DNA of 64,000 nucleotides from an uncultured bacterium (lineage in GTDB: Bacteria > Babelota > Babeliae > Babelales > Babelaceae), in assembly GCA_963824495.1 (NCBI GenBank), contig CAWGPQ010000008.1, forward strand, positions 32,001-96,000, read 5' to 3'. Shown here piece after piece: positions 1 to 9,597 of the stretch (its first letter is position 1; each line of letters opens with the position of its first letter). Below the pieces are notes generated by a model. The model had not been told where the DNA came from. It made no database searches and was given only the letters and a program-made list of their open reading frames with translations. Both the position numbers and the translations under genes were made by a program.

Positions 1-573
1 TAATTCATATAAAGGCAGGCCCATAATTGTTGAATATGAACCATGAACTTCTTTCAAAAATACTAAGCCAAAACCTTCGATAGCTAAAGCTCCTGCTGCC
101 TGCAATGCCAACGGTTGGCGTTCAAAATAAACAGAAATACATTCGTCAGGCACATCAAAGATACAGGTAGCAGAAACTGCTTGCCTATGTCGTTGCTCAG
201 TAGACCAGACACCGTTACGAAAAATCTTTTTATCTAAACAAAACGCTGTGCAGGTTGTTGCTCCACCGCGTAAAGCACCTACTTTGGCGTAGGCATCGGC
301 ACGATCGACAGGCTTACCATGAATAACGCCCTGCCTATCCTGTGTCATGGTATCAGCTGTAAGAATAAACATACTATCCTCCTCGTCGCCCTGAGGCAGA
401 ACGACCCGCTCCATCTTATGCAAAGCGATAGCAGATACAGTATCTTGAAGTGATGTACCCCATTCACCTATATCCTCGCTACTCTCTTGAGCAATACTTT
501 CAAAAGGAATACATGCCTCTGTAAGAAGATAGCGTCGTGAAGGTGATTTTGAAGCAAGATAAAGAATATTCAT
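1..573 (-). CDS. maf: Maf-family nucleoside triphosphate pyrophosphatase (3' end runs off the window; absent from ORF track)
   Basis: Manual translation from ATG at 573: MNILYLASKSPSRRYLL...ADT...GSYSTIMGLPLYEL, matching the Maf LASxSPxR and GLP motifs. Confidence 0.9.
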   Translation of the reverse strand, partial: MNILYLASKSPSRRYLLTEACIPFESIAQESSEDIGEWGTSLQDTVSAIALHKMERVVLPQGDEEDSMFILTADTMTQDRQGVIHGKPVDRADAYAKVGALRGGATTCTAFCLDKKIFRNGVWSTEQRHRQAVSATCIFDVPDECISVYFERQPLALQAAGALAIEGFGLVFLKEVHGSYSTIMGLPLYEL

Positions 574-594
574 GATCTGGTTTAGGCTCTAGTA

Positions 595-999
595 TTAGTC
601 AATAAGATTTTTCTGCTTAAGGTCATCAAGAATCAGGCGAGCTGCCGGCGCAACGAATGGGCGTTGATCATATGCAATAAAATCATAGTGCTCTATTTCA
701 GCATGAGGTTTAAGTATGCCTCTATATAAAGCTGTATAACACTCTTTGCGCACAAGAACACCTTCGGATCTACCATGTGCCTGGGCTTCAAATACACCGT
801 AGAGTTTAATAGTAGCAGGCTCAAGATTAACGGTAAGTTCTTCATGAATCTCACGTATTAATGCTTGAGTGCTTGATTCACCAGGCTCAAATTTGCCACC
901 CGGTACATACCAACGATCACGCCCGTGTGTTTTTACTACAAGCAGTTTTCTGTTTTTAATTAAGATCCAACCCACGGTCTTGATAATTTCTTGGGCCAT
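595..999 (-). CDS. NUDIX hydrolase
   Basis: Nudix box GGKFEPGESSTQALIREIHEEL. Confidence 0.9.
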   Translation of the reverse strand: MAQEIIKTVGWILIKNRKLLVVKTHGRDRWYVPGGKFEPGESSTQALIREIHEELTVNLEPATIKLYGVFEAQAHGRSEGVLVRKECYTALYRGILKPHAEIEHYDFIAYDQRPFVAPAARLILDDLKQKNLID

Positions 1000-1039
1000 C
1001 TCTTCAAGTCCAAAGTAGATATTTAAGTGCTGTGAAAGA

Positions 1040-1114
1040 TGGCTGGGGCGGAAGGATTCGAACCTCCGATACCCAGGACCAAAACCTGGTGCCTTACCGC
1101 TTGGCCACGCCCCA
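1040..1114 (-). tRNA. tRNA-Gln(TTG)
   Basis: Reverse complement TGGGGCGTGGCCAAGCGGTAAGGCA-CCAGG-TT-TTG-GT-CCTGG...GTTCGAATCC...CCAGCCA folds as a cloverleaf with encoded CCA. Confidence 0.95.
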
Positions 1115-1141
1115 ACCCAAATTTTTATCGACTACTCTCTT

Positions 1142-1408
1142 TTACTCTATGGTTTGCATGACCTGACTGAACTCTTGAATTACAAAATCTTCTATCATTT
1201 TACGTGTTTCAGAGTTCAAAGGGTGGACTATGTCCCTGAAGGTTCCATCTTTTCGGCGACGAGATGGCATTGACACAAACAGTCCCTTGTGTCCTTCAAT
1301 GACCTTTAGGTCCCGTACGATAAAGCTGTTTTCAAAGACGATCGTCGCATATGCTTTAAGTCTACCACTTTCCTTAGAAAGGTAAACCTTTACTTCAGTT
1401 ATTCTCAC
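1142..1408 (-). CDS. spoVG: SpoVG family nucleic-acid-binding protein
   Basis: ITEVKV...LKAYATIVF...KVIEG.KGLFVSMPSR...FRDIVHP; GTG start. Confidence 0.93.
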   Translation of the reverse strand: MRITEVKVYLSKESGRLKAYATIVFENSFIVRDLKVIEGHKGLFVSMPSRRRKDGTFRDIVHPLNSETRKMIEDFVIQEFSQVMQTIE

Positions 1409-1506
1409 CGTCTGTAGCCTTTAAGATAACATGACTAGTACACGATTAACTTACATTACTCCCATAACAAAATGAGCCCATAGGCTCTCTTCTTAGTATT
1501 CATGCT

Positions 1507-2454
1507 TTATTCATTATAGTCTACCTTCCTGGTATATTTTGTCAATTCATTTATGCTCACATTCATTTTTTCAAGGGCGCGGAGCTTAGCTGAGCGTGCC
1601 GAGGGGTTTTGCCGGAGTTCATCTTCACAAGCCGTTACAACATGGGGCGTGAGTAAGAGCGCCTTGTCTTTGTTTTCGTTAAAAAAGCGCTTAACCATGC
1701 GGTCTTCAAGCGAATGAAAGCTAATACATATCAAGCGGCCTGTTGGATTAAGAAGCTCGAATGCATGCGGCAAAAAGCTCTTGATGGCATCTAATTCTTT
1801 ATTTACCACAATACGTAACGCTTGAAATACCCGTGTTGCCGGATGAATACGCCGTGGATATACCCGAATGCTGCGCTCTATAAGAGCAACAAGATCACGT
1901 GTTGTCCGTAGAGGTTTTACCAATCGTGCTTCACAAATTGCTCGTGCAATAGTACGTGAAAAACGTTCTTCGCCATACTCCTGAAATATACGTACAAGCT
2001 CACGCTCAGGTGCTTTATTAACGATGTCACGAGCTGTTATTTTATGGTGGCCTGGTGACATACGCATATCTAAAGGGGTATCAAGAGCAAACGATAATCC
2101 TGGTCGATGTAAAATTTGAAATTGAGATGTTCCAAAATCAGCAAGTACACCATCGACATGAGCGACACCCGCTTTCTTTAAAAGCCGTGCTATATGAGCA
2201 AAATTACCCCATATAAACGTCACACGCCCGGGATATTGCTGCTCAAAGCTTGGAGCATTAAGCTCGAGAGCACGCTCATCCCAATCGATAGCGATAACTT
2301 TACAGGTAGGCTCAGTATCCAGAAGTGCCTTGGTATGGCCACCACCGCCAAATGTAGCATCAACGTAAACACCATGTGGCTTTGGAGCCATGTACCTAAT
2401 GACTTCAGATACTAATACGCTTGTATGATATGATTTTACATCTACGCTGTTCAT
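1507..2454 (-). CDS. rsmH: 16S rRNA m4C1402 methyltransferase RsmH (start moved to ATG 2454; ORF track extends to 2550)
   Basis: HTSVL, DATFGGGGH, PLDMRM, HPATRVFQALRI, SFHSLEDR and NPSARSAKLR motifs. Confidence 0.95.
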   Translation of the reverse strand: MNSVDVKSYHTSVLVSEVIRYMAPKPHGVYVDATFGGGGHTKALLDTEPTCKVIAIDWDERALELNAPSFEQQYPGRVTFIWGNFAHIARLLKKAGVAHVDGVLADFGTSQFQILHRPGLSFALDTPLDMRMSPGHHKITARDIVNKAPERELVRIFQEYGEERFSRTIARAICEARLVKPLRTTRDLVALIERSIRVYPRRIHPATRVFQALRIVVNKELDAIKSFLPHAFELLNPTGRLICISFHSLEDRMVKRFFNENKDKALLLTPHVVTACEDELRQNPSARSAKLRALEKMNVSINELTKYTRKVDYNE

Positions 2455-2521
2455 CTCAACCTCTAGCTCAGTTGAAGGGAGGGAGTGACCCACCATCCCT
2501 TTCAAGCCGTACCGACAGGTA

Positions 2522-3916
2522 TTATTCACGCACCGTAACGCTATCGACAAGTTTATCGAGTCCTACATTACGCGAGCCTTTAACAAGAACAACCGATTCA
2601 CGATCAAGTCGCTTCTCTAAACATTCAATAGCTTCTTTCCATGTTGGAACAAGCTCGACAGTCATACTTACAGGAGCAGTCTTCTTGGTCCATTTTACGT
2701 AATCTCCAACCAATAGTATATGCTGAAGTGAAGGAACTTTGCGCAACAGCCTACCTAACTGGCGGTGCCAAAAAGGGCTGGTTACACCCAGCTCAAGCAT
2801 ATCACCTAATACTGCAATTTTTTGCCCTTTTGATTCAAGCTTTTCAAAAGCAAGCAAAGCTGTTTTCATACTTTCAGGATTTGCATTAGCACAATCGTCA
2901 ATAAGCAATCCTTTTGATTGCTTAATTGTTCGTCGCTCAAATCGTCCAGGAACAACCAATGACGCCTGTATGCCCTTAATGATTATATCATGTGGTATAT
3001 TTAAAACATGAGCTAAAGAAGCAGCAGCGAGAGCATTCATGACACGGCCGGTATGGCTTGTCGGCAATACAATGCGATAGCGCTCTCTATATAATTTAAG
3101 TATAAATTGCGTTTGGGATCCATTCGATTGAATCTTACGTGCTTGTATTTGATTGACGGTTTTACAGCCAAACTTAATAATAGGATGCCTATAGGATATC
3201 GTCGACAAAATAGGCTGATCACCATTAATAATACCGATACTTTCTTCAGTAAAAAATTTGAAGATATCTCGTTTCTCTGCAGCAATATCTACAAGTGAGC
3301 CCAAGCCCTCCATATGGCTATGACCAATGGCGGTAATAAGCGCAGTCGTGGGACGCAGCATTGCTGCCAATTGTGCCATTTCTCCACGTTTGCTAATACC
3401 CATTTCAAAAATTGCTACCTCGTGATCGGAGCGCATCTTTAAAATATTGAGTGCAGCTCCAATCATTGTATTTTGCGTCCCAGCTGAAGCGATAAATTTT
3501 TTACCCTGAAGTTGCATAATATGAGCAAGCAATTCTTTCGTTGACGTTTTGCCCAATGAGCCGGTAATGCCAATAACTGGATAGGTAAATTGAGTACGCC
3601 ATGCTGTCGCAAGCTTGATAAGTGCATCATAAGGGTTGGGCACGCAAGCAATAAACAAGCCCTTACGTACTGGCAGATCCAGACTGGTTAAACACTCTTG
3701 TTTATCCTGAGCAATAATAAGCCCCGCTGCTCCATTTGCCACTGCATCAGCAACAAATGCATGCCCATCTTGATGCTCACCTTTAAGAGCAACAAATACT
3801 TCTCCTTTCTTAAGAGTTCGAGAATCGACTGAGCATATAAAAGACTCAGGGATTCCTGCACCAAGCAATAAAACGTCAGGTAGTACCTTTTTAAAAAATT
3901 GCTGATCAAAACTCAT
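2522..3916 (-). CDS. murF: UDP-N-acetylmuramoyl-tripeptide--D-Ala-D-Ala ligase
   Basis: DSR...FVALKGE..DGH, GITGSLGKTSTKE, ANPESM, VLGDMLELG and LVKGSR motifs. Confidence 0.95.
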   Translation of the reverse strand: MSFDQQFFKKVLPDVLLLGAGIPESFICSVDSRTLKKGEVFVALKGEHQDGHAFVADAVANGAAGLIIAQDKQECLTSLDLPVRKGLFIACVPNPYDALIKLATAWRTQFTYPVIGITGSLGKTSTKELLAHIMQLQGKKFIASAGTQNTMIGAALNILKMRSDHEVAIFEMGISKRGEMAQLAAMLRPTTALITAIGHSHMEGLGSLVDIAAEKRDIFKFFTEESIGIINGDQPILSTISYRHPIIKFGCKTVNQIQARKIQSNGSQTQFILKLYRERYRIVLPTSHTGRVMNALAAASLAHVLNIPHDIIIKGIQASLVVPGRFERRTIKQSKGLLIDDCANANPESMKTALLAFEKLESKGQKIAVLGDMLELGVTSPFWHRQLGRLLRKVPSLQHILLVGDYVKWTKKTAPVSMTVELVPTWKEAIECLEKRLDRESVVLVKGSRNVGLDKLVDSVTVRE

Positions 3917-4035
3917 TGATCTTCTCCATGCCTAAAAGCACCTCTGTTAAACCATTTTCAATATGAGGAAAAAAATGGCTTTATTTTTTACATTTGTCAA
4001 CAAAAATATACAAAAAAGGTCGTAAAACTCAAGAT

Positions 4036-4235
4036 CAAGCCCACGCTCAATTCTGAGACCTTCGTTCATAGAGTAGTATACTCATAATGAAGCATAATAA
4101 TAATACTATTTTTCTGTTTTTTTTCAGATTTCTCTTGCATTGAGCAGTATGTATATACTATAATCGTAATTGAACTATATTATTTTATTAATCTTATTAA
4201 AAATAATACTATAAAAAAACTGGAGATACTTGTGA
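4036..4235 (+). repeat. Upstream/promoter block duplicated before hydrolase paralogs 1 and 2 (second copy about 6570-6765)
   Basis: Both copies share gttcatagagtagtatactcat...taataataatactatttt...tttctcttgcattgag...tatatactataatc...aaataatactataaaaaa..ggaga. Confidence 0.85.
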
Positions 4236-6487
4236 AGATAAAAATATATGTCTGTATAGCTCGAGCTTTAACTAGTGCTCTTGTGTTACACTTTTATATA
4301 ATCCAAGCACAAGAAAAGCCAGAAGCACACTTTCTATTTGTTCCTAATATACCAGGTCACCCAAGCATTGCTGATTCTTATGCAGGCAAGACTGACCCGA
4401 ACTGGTCCATTATTACAACACAGCCCTATAAAGTTGTCCAATTCCCTCATGATCATAATGAAAGGCTTGACACGCTAGCTTTCGAGAATGCCTATGCTCA
4501 GGTTAGAAATGCTCTTAATCCAGCAAAAAGCTCTCACGACGGCGTGGTTATTATAGGCCTATCCCATGGCGCGGGGCTAGCCTTACGGGATGCTTCGACA
4601 CGACCAACGCCACTCTATCGTTTAAAAGCTATTATAGCCGAATCTCCTATGGGCATTACTCCGGAAGCTTTAGGAAAAGCCACTCTTAATACCCCTATAC
4701 TTATCGTCCACTCAAGCAATGATAACGTAGTTCCTATCGATAGCTCTCGATTGCTCTACGCTGGGCTTATTGCATCAGGACACCGTAATGCTTATCTGCT
4801 TGAGCTTGAAGAGGGTGAACATGGGGCATACAATAGGCCTGAGCACAGCAGTGCTCGCAAGTATCTTACGACAGTGCATGCTTTTTATCGAAAAAATACT
4901 ATTCCGTATGATAAAACCTTAGCAGATGAAGGCGAACAATACCTTCAAGAATCTCAACCAACACCTGAAAGCATTGTCAAACTTGTTGATCAAAGTTCGC
5001 TTACAACGCTGATAAGCCTTATAACGGCTATTGGATTACCCATGATTAATTTTCTTATTAACTCGATTAAGCAACTACTATCGCCACAACAACCAGCAGC
5101 ATTTGAGATCGTCAGGGTAGAAAAGGTAATACAACAAGCAGCCAAACAAGAGGTACCAAAGTTACCAAAAAACATCGCACCTGAAGCAGCACAACCTCCT
5201 ACTGGCAATGTCCCAACACTATGGCAATCAGTACAAAAGCAACTTGATGACTATGCGAAAACCACACGTGATAGAAGCTCAACTCTTTTAGATGTTTTAA
5301 GCTCTCAGTTGCCATCGTTTAGTACAGATAGACCCTCCGAGCTTGGAACTATAGTAATAGGCGTTCACCGCACAAAGCTCAATGTACCTCAACTTGGTAT
5401 AGTAACGCAAGAAGCATTGCCTGGTTTTGATATACTCGTTGCTCTAGCAAAGCTCAATGCTGATATTCAAGATACCACAAACTATAGTATTGAAGAACTT
5501 AATAAAGCTATTAAACATTTTCAAGAATCTCCCCAGCTCCCTCGACTTAAACTCGTGCATATATTTGAAAAAGAGCTTGAAGAAACGATCCAGCACTATA
5601 GAGATGAAGCAACCAAGATTGAGCAAACACTCCAAAATCCATCCACTAGAAATCTCCAAGTTTCAAATAAGGCACTGTATGATCAGCTTATAAGTTCAAT
5701 AAACACCATCAAAAACGCCTTAACGCAACTTGTTAGTCTTGGAGAAGAAATAGCCGGTACACTTAAGCTCTATGAACTTAGCGTCAACGCTCAAGCAACT
5801 ATTGCTGGACTGTTACGAAATCAAAAGCTCGTGCGTATACAAGAAGGGTATAACGTTAACCTTGGAGCTGCTTTCGAACATGTCAACCAAATCCTCAAGG
5901 ATGTGCTAGAAGGAAAGCGCCTGAGAATTGCTCTGACGCTTATTCCAACTTACCTAGGAAGGCTTCAAATGACTGCTATGAAATCAATAACCACTATAGC
6001 TGATCGTAATTTTGCGCTTCATATAATTGATATCCTTGTGAAATTTTATAGGACAAATTTACAAAAATTAATAGATGAACAACAAAGAGCATCAATAGAA
6101 GCTGATCATGAGATAGCCCAGACTGTTCAATTGCTCGATACATTACACACTAGGTTACAAAAAAACATAAAAGAAGGCCTTACGGAGATTGCTTTGCAGA
6201 CACTTAACAAAAACATAGAAGTTTTTAAACAATCTCTAACTGACCAACTTAGTCAAGTCTTTGGATCGAAAAATCCCGAGTGGCTACTCAAGAATATTCA
6301 ATTAACTGCTCAAAAAACATTTAATGACTATGAAAATGAGGCAAAAAAGATTGAAAATGAAATAGCACCTTTAGCACTTTCTAATAAATTGTTCTATGAC
6401 ACACAAATGCAAAATTTACAAAAAACATTAAAGGATCTTAATCAGTTAAAAAGCTTATCTCAAAGGCAATTCACATCGCTGAGTTAA
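4232..6487 (+). CDS. Secreted alpha/beta-hydrolase + coiled-coil protein, paralog 1
   Basis: Signal-peptide-like N-terminus; nucleophile elbow GLSHG, Asp in HSSNDNVVP, His in GEHG; helical C-terminus; GGAGA RBS before GTG. Confidence 0.8.
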   Translation: MKIKIYVCIARALTSALVLHFYIIQAQEKPEAHFLFVPNIPGHPSIADSYAGKTDPNWSIITTQPYKVVQFPHDHNERLDTLAFENAYAQVRNALNPAKSSHDGVVIIGLSHGAGLALRDASTRPTPLYRLKAIIAESPMGITPEALGKATLNTPILIVHSSNDNVVPIDSSRLLYAGLIASGHRNAYLLELEEGEHGAYNRPEHSSARKYLTTVHAFYRKNTIPYDKTLADEGEQYLQESQPTPESIVKLVDQSSLTTLISLITAIGLPMINFLINSIKQLLSPQQPAAFEIVRVEKVIQQAAKQEVPKLPKNIAPEAAQPPTGNVPTLWQSVQKQLDDYAKTTRDRSSTLLDVLSSQLPSFSTDRPSELGTIVIGVHRTKLNVPQLGIVTQEALPGFDILVALAKLNADIQDTTNYSIEELNKAIKHFQESPQLPRLKLVHIFEKELEETIQHYRDEATKIEQTLQNPSTRNLQVSNKALYDQLISSINTIKNALTQLVSLGEEIAGTLKLYELSVNAQATIAGLLRNQKLVRIQEGYNVNLGAAFEHVNQILKDVLEGKRLRIALTLIPTYLGRLQMTAMKSITTIADRNFALHIIDILVKFYRTNLQKLIDEQQRASIEADHEIAQTVQLLDTLHTRLQKNIKEGLTEIALQTLNKNIEVFKQSLTDQLSQVFGSKNPEWLLKNIQLTAQKTFNDYENEAKKIENEIAPLALSNKLFYDTQMQNLQKTLKDLNQLKSLSQRQFTSLS

Positions 6488-6705
6488 GGATTTACGGATT
6501 AGGCTAGGTATAAAGCCACTTAAAAAATTGCTGAGAAGTACACACATTTGGCTTTGACCAACTTGCCTGACAAGCCTGCACTCAATTTTAAGGCCTTTGT
6601 TCATAGAGTAGTATACTCATTAACAAAAAATATAATAATAATACTATTTTTTGTTTTTCAAATTTCTCTTGCATTGAGTAGCACGTATATACTATAATCA
6701 TAATA

Positions 6706-9597
6706 GTGTTATTATTCATTAAATTTGTAAAAATAAATACTATAAAAAATTGGAGACACCCGTTGAGAATCAAAATACATGTCTCTATAACTCGAGCTTT
6801 AGCTAGTGCTCTTGTATTACCCTTTTATATAATTCAAGCACAAGGGAAGCCAGAGGCACACTTTCTATTTGTTCCCGATATACCAGGTGACCCAAGCATT
6901 GCTGATTCGTATGCAGGCAAGATTGACCCGAACTGGTCCATTATTACAACACAACCCTATAAGGTCGTTCGATTTCCTCAAGATCATACAAACACGCTTG
7001 ATACGCTGGCTTTAGAGAGTGCCTATGCTCAGGTCAGAAACGCTCTTAATCAAGCAAAAAACTCTAACGATGGTGTTGTAATTATAGGCCTATCCCATGG
7101 TGCCGGGCTAGCCTTACGCGATGCCTCAACACGACCAACCCCACTCTATCGTTTAAAAGCTATTATAGCCGAATCTCCTATGGGCATTATAGCTGAAACA
7201 CTAGGCAAAGCTACTCTTAACACCCCTATACTTATTGTCCACTCAAGGAATGATAACGTAGTTCCTATCAATAGCTCTCGATTACTTTATGCTGGTCTTG
7301 TTGGAGCCGGGCATAAAAAAGTTTATTTACTTGAGCTTGCAGATGCCAAGCATGGGGCATATAATCAACTTAAGCACAGTGAATCTGCCACTAAATATTT
7401 AGCAACTGTTCATGCTTTGTATAGGCAAAACAATATTCCTTATGATGAGAAGTTGGCAAATCGGGGGCAACGCTATCTTAAAGAACTCCAGCCACCTGCT
7501 GAAAGGATAGCAAAGCTTATATATGACACGAGTCCAAGCCTCTGGAATACTCTAGCAAACTTTATAGCAACCGGAAACCCAAGCGCACGAGAACTATTGG
7601 CTTCTACTTTAAGCATTATAGGATTTGAAGCCATTAGGCACGCATTTGCTGAATTTTTCCGTCCAGCTCCTCCGGCTGTGCCAGAAGCGCCGGTAGCTCC
7701 TGCAGCACCCGCTCAACCACCTGCACCACAGCCTCCAGCCGAGCAACCCCAAGCTCTTCCAGCTGCAGAGTTGACGTCGGGAAATTGGTTAAAGCAACTA
7801 CCCTTTTTTGGCGAAGGTTCCTTGCCTCATGCAGTAGCACTACCTGGCCGACCTTCAACTATTAGTGTGCAACCTCCAGTACCTTCTGCACGAGAAACGT
7901 TAGCTTCTGCATTAAAAGCCTTGCCAACTATGGGACTTGCAGCTTCAACGCTTATTGATAAAACTCTAGTTGATGCAACAGCAGCATTAAATTCCCGTAC
8001 AGAACCTCGACAAAGCATTAAGAAAAAACTCGAAGAGCTCGTACAATTAATTAATACAACTTCTAAGGGACTAGAAAATGCAATACAGCAGGCAACAAGC
8101 CCGCTCACGCCACAAGAACACCTGGATCCCGTAATACAGTCAACGCTAAATCAAGCAGCTGCTAATGTGCAAAGGCTCTATTGGGTTGCCCAAGCACTAC
8201 AAGTCGTGCTTGATACTGAAAATGCTCTGGGTCAAGTACTAGAAGGTAGAGAACGGGGGGCATTCCTTAATAAATCTATAGCAATACTACGGCAATTTTA
8301 TACTAACCTTACTGCATCATGGACATCAGATAAAAATACTCTTTTAGCGATAGTGTTAGTACTTGATGCTGAAGTAAATCGGTATCTCAAAGCGTTAAAC
8401 AATCCTCAAATTATTGCAACCTTGAACAGGCGGGGATTAACTCGCCCGTTACAATCTCTCTTGAATGAGGATCTCAAACTATTGCAGGATGAATTTAAAA
8501 TCTTAGAGTTACAGCAAGAAAAGCCTGGCCATAGTAGTTCAATAAGATTAGTAGAGATTGATGGTGAAATTAAAGACCATGTTGAAAAGGCTTCACACGC
8601 ATTTAAAGAAATAGTACAACAATCCAAGCAAGCAACACAAGTACCAAGTCTACTTGAAAAACAAGAAGAAATAACAGCAGAGCTTAACCAGCTTATCGTA
8701 CAGCTTGAAGCAATCCGCAATCAATACCAAGATGAAGTAGAAAAAATCGAAAAACAAATAAAACGGCTAGAACGTTCATACCCAGAAGGCTATCAAACTA
8801 TTAGCTCTCAGATCAAAACCGCAAGGCAGGACTTACGTGACCTCATACATCTTGAAGAAACAATTAAACTTGGACTACTGCTAATAGGCATAAATAATGG
8901 GATAAGCAAAGCATATACTGCTATTGCTAAAGCAACACAAGAAGCCCAAAAATCTTTGAGCTCACGTATCGATGCTCTCAATGCCCTCAATCACGCTATA
9001 AAGTCATACGAGACGCAAATAAAAAATGCTCGTGAACAGGCAGAAATATTACGTTCTTCTTATGAAGAAGGCTATGAAACTATTAGCAGCTACCTAAACG
9101 ACGCCGAACTTAAGTTATCAAATCTTCGTGAACTACAAAACTCATTAATTACTCCTGAAGCCCCTCCAGAACCACAATTAACAAGTGCCCAAGAAGAAGC
9201 TGCTTTTTATCATAAGCTTCAACAAGAATATAATTTTGATCTACAAGCACTTCTCGATAAAGCGCAAAAAACGATTAACGATTTTTTAACAGAAACTCTA
9301 TCTGAAACAAAAGTCCTGGATATGCGTACCCTTTTGAGGGGCATTAACTATCTCTATGAAGCAGGAAACATAACTGTTACATCAGTAAAAAATAGAGCTG
9401 ATCGTATAACTGCACTTGGAGCAATCATGAATTTCGCAGATAATAACCAGGACAGCTTAACTGAATTAAGAGAAAAATACTTCAAAAACGCAACTATCAA
9501 TGAATTAATAAGGAAACAACGAATCCATAAGCTTAATCAATCAATTGAGGTACTTGAGGCGCTAAAAGAAGCTCTAGCTAGGAGTATGGCAGAATGA
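6706..9597 (+). CDS. Secreted alpha/beta-hydrolase + Pro-rich linker + coiled-coil protein, paralog 2 (true start probably TTG at about 6763)
   Basis: Same GLSHG/NDNVVP/KHG triad; GGAGA precedes TTG AGA ATC AAA, which aligns with the paralog 1 start. Confidence 0.8.
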   Translation: MLLFIKFVKINTIKNWRHPLRIKIHVSITRALASALVLPFYIIQAQGKPEAHFLFVPDIPGDPSIADSYAGKIDPNWSIITTQPYKVVRFPQDHTNTLDTLALESAYAQVRNALNQAKNSNDGVVIIGLSHGAGLALRDASTRPTPLYRLKAIIAESPMGIIAETLGKATLNTPILIVHSRNDNVVPINSSRLLYAGLVGAGHKKVYLLELADAKHGAYNQLKHSESATKYLATVHALYRQNNIPYDEKLANRGQRYLKELQPPAERIAKLIYDTSPSLWNTLANFIATGNPSARELLASTLSIIGFEAIRHAFAEFFRPAPPAVPEAPVAPAAPAQPPAPQPPAEQPQALPAAELTSGNWLKQLPFFGEGSLPHAVALPGRPSTISVQPPVPSARETLASALKALPTMGLAASTLIDKTLVDATAALNSRTEPRQSIKKKLEELVQLINTTSKGLENAIQQATSPLTPQEHLDPVIQSTLNQAAANVQRLYWVAQALQVVLDTENALGQVLEGRERGAFLNKSIAILRQFYTNLTASWTSDKNTLLAIVLVLDAEVNRYLKALNNPQIIATLNRRGLTRPLQSLLNEDLKLLQDEFKILELQQEKPGHSSSIRLVEIDGEIKDHVEKASHAFKEIVQQSKQATQVPSLLEKQEEITAELNQLIVQLEAIRNQYQDEVEKIEKQIKRLERSYPEGYQTISSQIKTARQDLRDLIHLEETIKLGLLLIGINNGISKAYTAIAKATQEAQKSLSSRIDALNALNHAIKSYETQIKNAREQAEILRSSYEEGYETISSYLNDAELKLSNLRELQNSLITPEAPPEPQLTSAQEEAAFYHKLQQEYNFDLQALLDKAQKTINDFLTETLSETKVLDMRTLLRGINYLYEAGNITVTSVKNRADRITALGAIMNFADNNQDSLTELREKYFKNATINELIRKQRIHKLNQSIEVLEALKEALARSMAE

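Noticed and set aside
2472..2505. Imperfect hairpin (ttgaaggga...tccctttcaa) between murF and rsmH, considered as a regulatory RNA or MraZ box
   Set aside because: A single stem with no U-tract, no regular repeat spacing and no mraZ nearby.
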